This document shows, piece by piece, positions 1 to 9,993 of a stretch of DNA of 64,000 nucleotides; position 1 is the stretch's first letter; each line of letters starts with the position of its first letter. The position numbers were made by a program, and so were the translations under genes. The notes beneath the pieces were generated by a model. The model searched no databases and had not been told where the DNA came from. It saw only the letters and a list, made by a program, of their open reading frames with translations. Source of the DNA: Cyanophora paradoxa CCMP329 (taxonomy: Eukaryota > Plantae > Glaucophyta). Location of the stretch: assembly GCA_004431415.1 (NCBI GenBank), contig QPMI01000268.1, positions 1-64,000 of the forward strand, written 5' to 3'.

Positions 1-160
1 GGGTTATCCGTGGACGATGTGACGGAAATCTCAAAGCCGCCCGCGGTGGGGGTAGGCGTGCCGATCTCGACGGGGAGGATCTGAGGCGTGCAGCGCAGTC
101 CGCGGGATGGTGCGTGAGCGAAGAAGAGGGGGACGGGGTGTGTGTGTGTGTGTGTTGTGT

Positions 161-214
<54 letters not shown>

Positions 215-2345
215 GCAGACCGCCGAGGCCCGGCCAGTGGGGTAGGGGAGAAGGCGATCTCAGCACCCACGACGCCTGCGACCGAACCCAAATATGATCA
301 AGGCCGGGTACGGGAAGAACGGGGCTGCGGGGGTACCGCCGACGCAGAGGAAGGCCGTGGTCGGGATGTAGAGGCCGCTCGCGCAGATGGGGGTCGGCTG
401 CGGGCGGAGTGAGGGGAGGGGTACGGCGCGGCCCCAGAGGCGGGGGTTCGCGAACCGTGGTCGTCGCCACGAAGGTCGAAGTGACGGACGGAGTCGCCTG
501 CCGGGGGCGTCAGGAGGGGAGAGGGGCGCGGGAGCGGAGGGAGGGCGGGCCGAGGGGCTCGGCTGCGGGCGGCGCGGGGGGCGGAGGGTCAGAGCGAGGC
601 GGGCCGTGTCAGCAGGCGAAAGGGGAGGGGCGGCGGGCACCGAGGGCGTGGGTGACGCGGTGATGGTCTCGATCTCGATGGGCTGCCGGGCGGGCGGCCT
701 CAGAGGCGGGGCGCGCGGGCGCGGGCGCGCGGTGCGCGGGGCGGGGGGTACGACGCACGGCGAGGGTGGCCAAGGCGGTCGGGGTCTCCGAGGGCGCGGC
801 CGAGGGGCTCGCCGTCTCGGTCGGCGTGGCGGTGGGCGCCTCGGAGGGCGTGGTGGTGGCCGTCTCAGTGGGCAGCGCGGTGGGCGCCGCGGAGGGCGTG
901 GCGGCCGGCGTCCCGCTCGGGGACGGGCTCGGGGTCGCGCTGGGGCTCGCCGTCTCGGTCGGCGCGGCCGTCGGGGTCCCCGAGGGCGAGAGCGAGGCCG
1001 AGGGCGAGGGCGTCTCGCTCGGCGTCGGCGAGGCCTTCGCCCGCGTCGGCGTCGGCAGCGGCTGCCGCGACCGACACCGCCCGTCAGCGCTTTGTCGCGC
1101 GCCGCGCGAGGCGAGGGGCGGGGGCGCGAGGCGGCGCGGACCGTCTCAGTCGCGAAGGTTGTGACCGTCGGCTGCGCGCGGGGCCCGAATCAGGGGCGGG
1201 GCGGCGGGGCCGAGCGCCAGCGGTCAAGCAATCCGCGGACAGTAGCAGAGGCGCTCGCTGCGCGAGTCACGAGTGAGGGCGCTGAGAAGAGAGAGGCCGG
1301 TGGGTCGGGGGTCTGAACAGCGCCGGCGCACCAGTGGGGATTGCGGTGAAGGTCGGCGCCGGCGTGGCGGTGGCCGCCTCTGGACGGTGCGCGGGGCGCT
1401 CGGCTTAGAGGGATGGCCGGGCGGACGTGGAGGCAAACGGACTGGTGGGCGTCGCCACGGATGACGGCGTCGCGGAGGCTGGCGGGAGGAAACCGGCGCG
1501 TGAGTGCCGAGGGCGAGGGCAAAGGCAGGCGGCGCCGGGCGCCAGCGTGACGCACCACTAGCGCTCACGAACGGCGTCGGCGTCGCAGAGGGCGCTGCCG
1601 GGCAGCCATCGGCTTCTGGCGCGGGCGGCGCCAGAGGCGGCGCGGCGCACGGGTGGCAGTGGCGAGCACGCATTGCCCGTTGAGGCAGATGCGCGACGGA
1701 GGGCAGCATTGCTGCCCGCGCCGACGCGATCGTTAGTGAACGAACGTAACGACGAGAGCCCGCGCGCTCGCAGCCTCCCGACTGGTCGCAAGCAAACAGC
1801 CGCGGGGCGCGATGACAGCGCGGAATCGAACGAGCGCACCGCGCCGCAACAGGTCAGACCTGCTCAAACGCATAAGAGGATGCTCGATCAGCGATTGCCG
1901 CCGCGCAGGGCGCGGAACAGGAAACTGCTGACGAGAGCGCATGCGCACCGGGAGGGCAACCGCTGATGGCGCACGTGGGGAAGCCTGCGATCCCTACATC
2001 CGCATTTGCATTCTCCCCGCCAGTGTTTTGAGCCGGAGGGGAAGCCGAGGCCTGCGCGCTCGGCGAGGCCCCGGGCGAATTCGAAGCGCTCACATCCGCA
2101 AATTGCTGCTGCGAGGTCTGGTCGGACTGCTGCTCCTGCTGCTGCTGAGACGTTTGATCCTGCGCGGAAGCCGAGGCCTGCGCGCTCGGCGAGGCCCCGG
2201 GCGAATTCGAAGCGCTCACGTCCGCAAATTGCTGTTGCGAGGTCTGGTCGGACTGCTGCCCCTGCTGCTGCTGAGAGGTTTGATCCTGCGCGAGGACCGC
2301 GCCGAGCGCGACAGCGAAGACGAAGGCGAGCAGGACGCGCCGCAT
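1..2345 (-). CDS. Secreted/surface protein with signal peptide, Gln/Ser repeat, Cys-rich segment and Ser/Thr/Pro mucin-like stalk; multi-exon, runs off the window start
   Basis: ATG at 2345 gives MRRVLLAFVFAVALGAVLA (signal peptide). A 42-aa repeat occurs twice, then CAISGCPPG..CSAPC. Later exons are S/T/P-rich (e.g. PSETPTATPSET) and end ...ICASGLYIPTTAFLCVG / ILPVEIGTPTPTAGGFEISVTSSTDN at the edge. Exons are joined by GT/GC-AG introns. Confidence 0.7.
137..213. repeat. (GT)n microsatellite followed by a long poly-G run, inside an intron
   Basis: Directly visible in the sequence. Confidence 0.95.
2039..2290 (-). repeat. 126-bp in-frame tandem duplication (42 aa, AQDQTSQQQQ..ASAS)
   Basis: Two near-identical units within the first exon. 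Confidence 0.95.
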
Positions 2346-2551
2346 TTCGACGACAGCTGCTGGGCAGTTAGGATCCCTCCCCCCCCCCCCCCCCCCCCTT
2401 CCCCCCCCCCCACGTGCATTGCGCGTACCCCAACCGAAGTTGCGATTAACTTGCGAAGCCCGCCGCGAGACCCCAGCCCCAATCTAGAGAAATCGCATCT
2501 TCAGTCAGAGAATCTATACATCAAGCGAGTTCCGCAGCGCTGCCGCCCGCG

Positions 2552-4120
2552 ATGGCGGAGCGGCCACAGCGGCAGCTGGCCGGCAGCGCGTCGCCGCAGC
2601 CGCCGCCAATCGCCGAGGAGCAGCCGGATGTGCCTCCTAAGGACCTCCTCTCCCTCCCGCCCCTGGAAGCCCGCATCTACTACGGCGTCGTGAGGCCCAC
2701 AAGAATACGCGGTGCGCCAGGCTCGCCTGCAAGGCCCGCGCGCGCTACGGCGGAATGCGCTTGAAGAGAGCGAGGCGTACGCGAGCGCTCGGCCCGCCTG
2801 CAGCGCCGCCTCTGCCTCGCCGCCGAACGTTGCCCAAGTGGCCGGGCCGCTCACGCCGAGGGCGGCAGGCACGGAGCACGCGAAGGAGGGGCCCGTGCAC
2901 TTCTGGAAGGGCACGCGGCCGGGCTCGAAGACGCTCGTGCGCCGCGCCAGGTCGGAGACGCCGTCCAAGGGCCGGGTCCGCCCGGCCCGCCCGCCCGCCG
3001 GCCCGCCCGCACCGTCGCCGGCGAGCCCCAGCCGCCCGCCTCACGCTCGAGGGGCCCGCAGACCGTCAAAATGAACCTTTCCAAGCTCTTCGTGCGCGCC
3101 GCGCCGCGCCGGCGGCCGCCCCGCGGGCGCGCGGGGCGCGGCGGCTCAGGCGGGCGGGCGGGGCGCGGGGGCAGGGCGCCTCGGCGACGGACGACGCGGT
3201 GGTGGAGCTGCTGCGGCCCGACACCATCGCCGACGAGTTCCGCAGGGAGAGGCGCGCCCCGCCGCCCCGCCCCGCCCGCCGCCCCGCCGCGCCGCGCCGC
3301 CGGCTCAGCGGAGCGCGCGCGCAGGTGCTTCCCGCACCGGAGCGACCCCTCGTGGCCATCCGCAAGAGCGTCCGCCAGGCCATGCCGGCCGCGGCCCTCG
3401 GCGGGGGCGACGCCGCCGGCGGCGGGGCGCGGGGCTCGACCCCCTCGCCCGCCTCGCCAACCTCATCCCCCCTCCAAGGCGCGCGCCGCGCCGGCCGGCC
3501 CGCGCCCCGCCCCTGCCGGCCCGAACGCGCACGTACCCCCCGCAGGTGAAGAAGCGGCCCGAGAAGACGGCGAAGGAGCGCCGCCTCGAGAAGCTCCGCG
3601 TCGAGTTCGACTCCGTGCGCCGCCCTTTCCCTCCCCAACTCCCGCGCGCGTACCCGTGCCCCTCGAGCGCGTACCCCCCCTTCCTCAGATATTCTCGGAG
3701 GACGAGCTGGAGCGCCAGTTCGCCATCCTCAAGGTGCGCCGCGGCGCCGGCGGAGCGCCGTACCCCCCTCCGCGTCCGACGTGGTGCCCCCCAGATCACG
3801 GACATCTCGCGGGAGGCGCTGAAGGAGATCCGCGACCTCATGTGGAGCCGCTTCCCGGGTACTTCCCCCCCCCCCCCCCTCCCCAGTCCCTCCCCCTTCC
3901 CGCCCCCGCCGCGTTCGCAGGCTGAGGCCGCCCCCGCAGAGCTGCGCGGCATCTTCTTTACGGTGCGCAGCGCCGCCGCCGCGCCGTGCCGCGCCCTGCC
4001 GCTCCGCGCCGCCGCGCCCGAGCCCCTCGCTCGCCCCCGGGCTGCAGTACGCGCGGATGGACGCCACGGTCAACCCCTCAAGAACGTTCGCCCCTCCCCC
4101 GGCCCCGCCCCGCCCTCCCG

Positions 4121-4152
<32 letters not shown>

Positions 4153-6187
4153 CCCCGCCCCGCCCCGCCCGGTCCGGCTCCTCTGAGCGCCCACGCCCGC
4201 CCCGCCCCGCCGCGCAGGGCCCTCAGGAGGTCGAGACCATCAGCTCCCAGGCCCGCCCCCCATCCCGGGTACCCCCCTGGCGCTCTCACCCCTCCCGACG
4301 CGCGGGGCGCAGGAGTACATGCAGTTCTGCAAGGACTGCCAGCTCTTCGACAAGAAGTTCTTCGTGCGCGCACGCCCGCCGCCCCGCCCCGCTGCCCCGG
4401 CCCCGGGTCGGATGCGACGCCCCCGCAGACACAGGCCATCGCCAGTGCGCGCGGGCGGCCGCCGACGCACCTCCGGCGCTCTCTCCCCCGGCCCGCCCCG
4501 CCTGAGCCCGCCCTCGCGCGGCGCCTCCAGACCTCATCTTCGTCGTGCGCCCGTACCGCCCTCCGGCCCCGCCCCCCGCCGCCGGACCCTCTGCTGAGCC
4601 CCCCGGGGCAGGCGATCAACCACGAGGAGGAGCTGGGGGCCGGCCGCGATGACAAGGACCTCGCCGGGCCCCTCCGCAGTCCGCCCCCCGCCCCGCCCGA
4701 GGCCGAGGCCGACGCCGAGGGGTCGGGCAGGCGGGCGGCGGGACTACGACTCGGACCAGGTCTTCACCCTCTCCGAGTTCCTCGCCTCGTGCCCCGCGCC
4801 CCCCCCGCCCCCGCCCCGCCCCGCGCCGCGCCGCCCCGGCCCGAGCCGAGCGCCCGCCCGCCCGCGGCAGGCTGATCCGGATCAGCGTGCTGAAGTACGG
4901 GACGCGCTTCACGGACCCCTCCTTCCGCCTCCGCCACCTCATCGCCCGCCCCGTCCCGCCCGCCCCGCCCCGCCGGCTCGTGCGGGCGCGGCTGAGGCGG
5001 GGGCGGGGTGGACAGACGACGGACATCATCCCGCGGGCGCGGCAGGACCAGAAGGAGGCCCTCCGCCGCCTCCTCATCGAGCCCGTCGTCCACGACGCGC
5101 GCCCCCCCGCCCCCGCCCCGGCCCCCCGCCCCGCTGGGAGCTTGCGAGCGTGGGCTGCCCCGCGCAGGCGATCCGGAGCTACCGGCGGCAGCTGCACCGG
5201 GTCTTCACCCAGTGCGCCCCGGGGCCGCTACCTCAAAGCCTCGGAGCCTGACGGGCCGTCCCTCCCTCCCACCTCCAAACAGGTACGCGGCGGCGGACGA
5301 GGCGGACGCGATGGCGATCAACAAGCTCAACGTCAAGGAGTTCATCAAGCGCGCCCTTTCCTTGCTCCGCTCCGCTAAGCGAAGCGAAGCTAAGCGAAGC
5401 TAAGCTAAGCTAAGCTAAAGCTAAGCTAAGGAGTTCATCAAGCGCCCCCTTTGCTCCGCTCCGCTCCGCTCCGCTTTGCTTTGCGTTGCTTTGCGTTGCT
5501 AAGCCCAGCGGGGCCGGGGCAGGCTCTTCGAGGACGCGCGGCTGACGGGGCCCGACCTGACGCTGCGCGAGGTCCGCGAGGCCTTCGCCCTCGCCCAGGC
5601 CGACCCCGGCGACGACGACGAGGCGAGCGCCCCGCCCCGTGCCCCCGCCTTGAGCTCCCTCCCGCTGACCGAAGCGGGCAGGACTCGGAGGAGGGCGCGG
5701 GGGGCGGGGGCGGGGGCGACGAGTCCGGGGACGACGACAACTCTCAGATGACCTTCAACGAGGCCCGCCCCCCCGCCCCGCCCCGCCCGCAGCGGCCCGA
5801 GCAGAGCCGAGGCGAGCCCCTCGCGCGCGCCTCGCTCGCAGTTCGTGGAGGGCGTGTGCCGCTGCGCCGACGCCAAGTACGGCGCCCCCTGCGAGGACCC
5901 CGAGGGTCCGCCCGCCCCCCCGCGCCCGCGCCCGCGCCGGCCCGCCGCCCGCCCCTCACGCGCGGGGGAGCAGACGACGAGGAGCGGAGCGCGCAGCTCG
6001 CCGCCAGCGTCGCCCGCTTCTGCGGCGACATCCTCCGGGCCCGCCGCCGCCCTGCCCCTCCTCCCGCCCCGCACGCTGACCGGGCCGGGGCGGCGGGCAG
6101 GGGCTGGAGGCGCACGCGGGGGCGACGCCGGCGGCGGGGGAGCGCGGGCGGGGCGGGCCCCTCCGCCTCCCCCGCCTCGCCAAGTGA
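2552..6187 (+). CDS. Multi-exon protein with two p25alpha/TPPP- or EF-hand-like helical repeats; possibly flagellar/cytoskeletal
   Basis: Spliced product includes EYMQFCKDCQLFDKKFFTQAIANLIFV...FTLSEFLASLIRISVLKYG and KLNVKEFIKLFEDARLTGPDLTLREVREAFALAQ...MTFNEFVEGVCRCADAKYG. TGA at 6185-6187. About 20 short introns. One or two apparent homopolymer indels. Confidence 0.7.
5335..5500 (+). repeat. Duplicated exon end AAGGAGTTCATCAAGCGC (5335 and 5428) flanking a (GCTAA/GCGAA)n microsatellite, in intron 5349-5522
   Basis: Directly visible 18-bp direct repeat and pentamer arrays. Confidence 0.9.
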
Positions 6188-6399
6188 GGCCCCGGCCGGC
6201 GTGTCCGGAGTCAAAAGGTTTAACAATACAATACGTAAGCTTGGCCGCTTGACGGCGCCAATAACAATAACAATACAGTGCCAATGGCGATCGGGCTTGA
6301 CGCGAACAATTTCGTTCGTACGTGCTGTTAGTGCTTGTTAGAGGTGTCACATTTGAAAAGTAGCGCCGCCATCGTGCTCCCTAGGGTCGAAAATGGGTA

Positions 6400-7366
6400 C
6401 CTAGGTATAAAACGTTTGTCTACAGAGCCGATACAAATCACGTAGTGAACTCGGAACATGGAGGGGAGCTCGAGAGATCGAGCCATCATCAAGGTCTAGA
6501 ATATTAATACCACTGGCCATGGGGCCACATACGTATACTTAATGAAGCAGCCCTTCGGAGGGAGGCCAGGAGGCTTTTGCGTGCGAGCTCAATTAATATT
6601 AGATTCAAACCTTGCAATTGTACTGCCCAGCGAAGTATGATGCATATGGCCATGGTGTGCTTTGCAATTGGCGTTCGGCGCGTCGTTTTGATTTCAGAAG
6701 ACAAAACTTATGTGCACACGTGCACAGGGGTAATGAAACGTAAACGAGCCTCAAACTGCGAAGCTGCACAACACGATACGACGTCGAAAAGAGTTCAAAA
6801 AAACTTTTTCTGCAGCTGCCGGCGCCTCTAAATCTGCAGCTGGTCTGATCATGACAGTGCAATACAGCGTAAAACACAATGAAAGATGTAGCTTGTTCTA
6901 GATCTGGTAACTCGTCACGAAAATCAAGCCCGGCCCGATTATGAATAAGCAAAGGAATGAACCACCTACAGCTACGCCTACGTACGCGCCGAACTACGTC
7001 TGTATATACAAGCGAAGGCCTGCGGTCCAGCGGCCATGGCCAGCCGCAGGCTCGCGCCCGCCGGCGCCGGAGCCGCTTAGAGGGTGAAGGCGGCGGCGGC
7101 GACGGCGAGGAGCAGGCCGAAGACCGAGGGGACGGTGGCGAAGCCGGCCGAGCAGGTGGTCTGTAAGCGGCGGCGTCTCGGTCAAACAGGCGGGCGGGCG
7201 AGGGCACGAGGGCCTCTAGATCTGAAAGGCGGGCATGCGCAGCCGTGGGAGCTAGAGGGCCAGCGAACCTTGCTGAAAATGCCGAGGGCGCCGAGGCAGT
7301 TGTCGGCGGAGACGGTGCTGGTGGGAGTTCCAGTGCACCCGGTGTTGCTGCGATCGCACGGCTCAC
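6400..7366 (-). pseudogene. Possible heavily degraded non-LTR retrotransposon RT remnant
   Basis: AT-richer and intron-free. Broken frames give DLE..FLNSFRRRIVL..HYP, then QWY[13-nt palindromic insert]LDDG and YLG, resembling RT motifs DxxNAF and YLDD. Many stops. Confidence 0.3.
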
Positions 7367-7388
7367 TGAGTCAGCCAGATGAAACAGA

Positions 7389-8081
7389 TTAGCCGTTCAA
7401 GTTTAGCCGCACGAATAGGTCGAAGTGGTGACCTTGCCGCCACTGCAGTAAGTCTTCGTCGAAACTGCGGAATTCGAACACGATCGCGATCGGTATACGG
7501 GGCCGATCGCGGCGAGCGATGCAAGCACGCACTGCCGGCGGCGGCGATGCAGTTCTCCGCGATATCAGTGCTCGCCTCCTGCCAGCCGGCGCCCTTGGTG
7601 GAGCACGACGAGTCGGTCCTGGCGAAATCTTAGGGGAGTGCCTTGGCGTCTGAAGTATACGCAGCACGCACCAGGGAGCGGAGACCTGCGCGCACGCGGC
7701 GGCAGACGCGAGATGGCGGTGAGTTCACTCCAGGCAGTTCCGCCAGAAATTTTATGCGATGGTCTGGATCGCTTCCAGGGAATCGTAGACGTGGGTTTAG
7801 CGGGATCGCTCGCCGGGGAGAGGCGGCGATGGCAATTTTTGCAAGGCACTATCGGATATCCGATGATCATGACCGGATCTTGAGCAGCTTTGCGCAAGAT
7901 CGCTATTCGCTTTGCGGAGGCGACAAACGGAGGCCTCTAGACACCGTAGAAACGGGCCGGGAGGAACGGGATCGGAAGACTTTTGTTCGGAGGGCTCGGG
8001 CGGACGGACCGTGGCCTTGTAGGCGGACGCCGTCATCACGGCGGCGAAGACGACGACGAGGGCGAGGGCGACGCGGGCCAT
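7389..8081 (-). pseudogene. Small secreted-protein gene, probably pseudogenised
   Basis: Signal peptide MARVALALVVVFAAVMTASA followed by a GT donor. The downstream exon LRSLVRAAYTSDAKALP*DFARTDSSCSTKGAGWQE has an in-frame TAA (7630-7632). Confidence 0.4.
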
Positions 8082-8436
8082 GGTCTATGATGCTGGGCGG
8101 AGGGCGACGACTTTGATGGCACTGCTGCTGCTGGGGGGCAAGCGACTGCCGTGGTGCAAGTCTCGCTCTCTAGAAATGCTAACGGCTCTGATCAACGGCA
8201 ACCTTGATCGATGATCTTTTTTTCAGGTCAGCTGTGACCGTCGGATCCGGGCGCGACGGATCGCGATCGGCCGCGGATCGATCCTCCGAGGCTCAAGCTC
8301 GATCATGATCATTATCCGTTGATCATTGTTTTTCAAGGCCCGATGACCGTCGCGATCGACGTCGGAATTCCGAATTTACTACTAGCTGTTTAGTAAGTCT
8401 CGGAGACCGTACCCCTCCCCTGTTGACGAATTATAA

Positions 8437-9392
8437 TTTTTTTTTGGTGAATTACCGGCCACAGTCTCTAGACACCGGACCAGCACTGCGGGGGCTGCCC
8501 AGGGGGCATAAAGACAAAAAAGCAAGATAACTAAGACAAGAGCACGAAGAAAGATAAGACAAAGAGCCAAAATCGACAACAAAAAAGGAAAGACACAGAG
8601 CTCGAGACAGATCGATAGCGAGAAGAGACGATAAATCGAGCAGATCGAGGGACAGAGGATAACTGACACGAAGAAGAGCCAGAGCTAGAGATACCATCAA
8701 TATCAGAAGGAATTACATCACTAAGAAGCGGGGGACAAAATTGAGAAAGATAAATAACAGGAAGAAGACAAGTAAGAGGAACAACAAGACGACATGGAGG
8801 CGGAGGCGAACCAGGACGATGCGAAAGGGCAGAGCTACGGCACGAGGTCGAGGAGGACACAGGAGGCGGACCGGAGCAGGCGGATCAAGAGCAGGCAAAA
8901 GGACAGTCAAAGGAATCACTAAAGCCGGCCGGGGTCGAGGCGGGCAATCGAACTGCAAACGACGGCGAACAACAGGTCGAGCACGAGGACTATAGCTAGT
9001 ATTGAAACTAACTCTAGCATCAACACTACGATCAGAATCCGAACCAGACCGAACTAAACTAGAAGACGAAGAAGTACGCCGGCGCCGGCGGGATACGATC
9101 GCGACCAGCGAAGCAGAATTCGAAGACGAAGGCAAAGGCGGCAGTCCGGAGGCCGGAGGGTCCGGCCCGGCAAACCGCCGGAGGGAAGTAGAAGGAGCCG
9201 CAGGCTCGGCAAGCCGGCGACGGGTACGTCCACGAGTCCGGGAGGAGATCGGGGAAGCCGGTCCCGGAGCTGAGGGCCCAGGAGCAGAGCCAGGAGAAGG
9301 TAAGCCCGGCGAGAAATCTGACCCGGAGCCGGAACCCAGCGAACGACGACGACGAAGAGGCCCCCGAGGAGCCACGACGGGGGAGCTACCGA
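8437..9392 (-). mobile_element. Non-LTR retro-insertion (SINE-like or deleted LINE) with poly(A) and 9-bp TSD, nested in a MITE-family copy
   Basis: GAATTATAA at 8428-8436 and 9393-9401, with a T9 run at 8437-8445. Flanks CCCTCCCC..GACGAA / AGACCCC..AATTACCTAATTACC are contiguous in the paralogous MITE at about 49094-49135. Confidence 0.7.
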
Positions 9393-9993
9393 GAATTATA
9401 AAGACCCCTCTAGCTAATTATAATTACCTAATTACCTGATTCCTGATTAATTACCTGATTGATGCATGAGCTAGGAAAACAACCTTGGTGAATCTGAGCA
9501 CAGTACGTCGAGTCGGCGTCGACGTCGGAATTCCGAAATTATCCGAATCGGTCGGATCCGGAACTCCGGAGTCCCCCGGCGCCGGCCCCGACTCCGGCCG
9601 CGAGTCCGGCGCCGGGCGCCAGACTCGCCGCCAGTTTCGAATTCCGGCCGCCCCAGCTTTCTGTACCCGGCCGCGGTGCGGCAACCGGGACCTATAGCTA
9701 CCGGTACCCCGGGCCCGGTGACTGATCGGCCGGGCTGGTCGACGTCGGTGCGGCGCGGCGGCGCGCGGGCGCCGGCCGCGGCCGTGCACCCGCGGCCGCG
9801 GCCCGCGCGCGGTCCGCGGACCGCGGTACCGGTATACCGTATACTACAGTACGTATACTGGTACCGCAGAACTCCGCACCAGTCGACTCTACCTACAGAT
9901 CTAGAGGGTTCGCCCTACAGTCTACACAGGGTCGACTTGAATTTCGAAACTAGCGGGGGCGCGCCTCTCAAGCGGGGACCGGAGTCGGGGACC

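Noticed and set aside
2690-4085. Programmed frameshifts in the 2552-6187 gene
   Set aside because: Both shifts sit in C runs, and the duplicated region shows the same homopolymer noise, so sequencing error is more likely.
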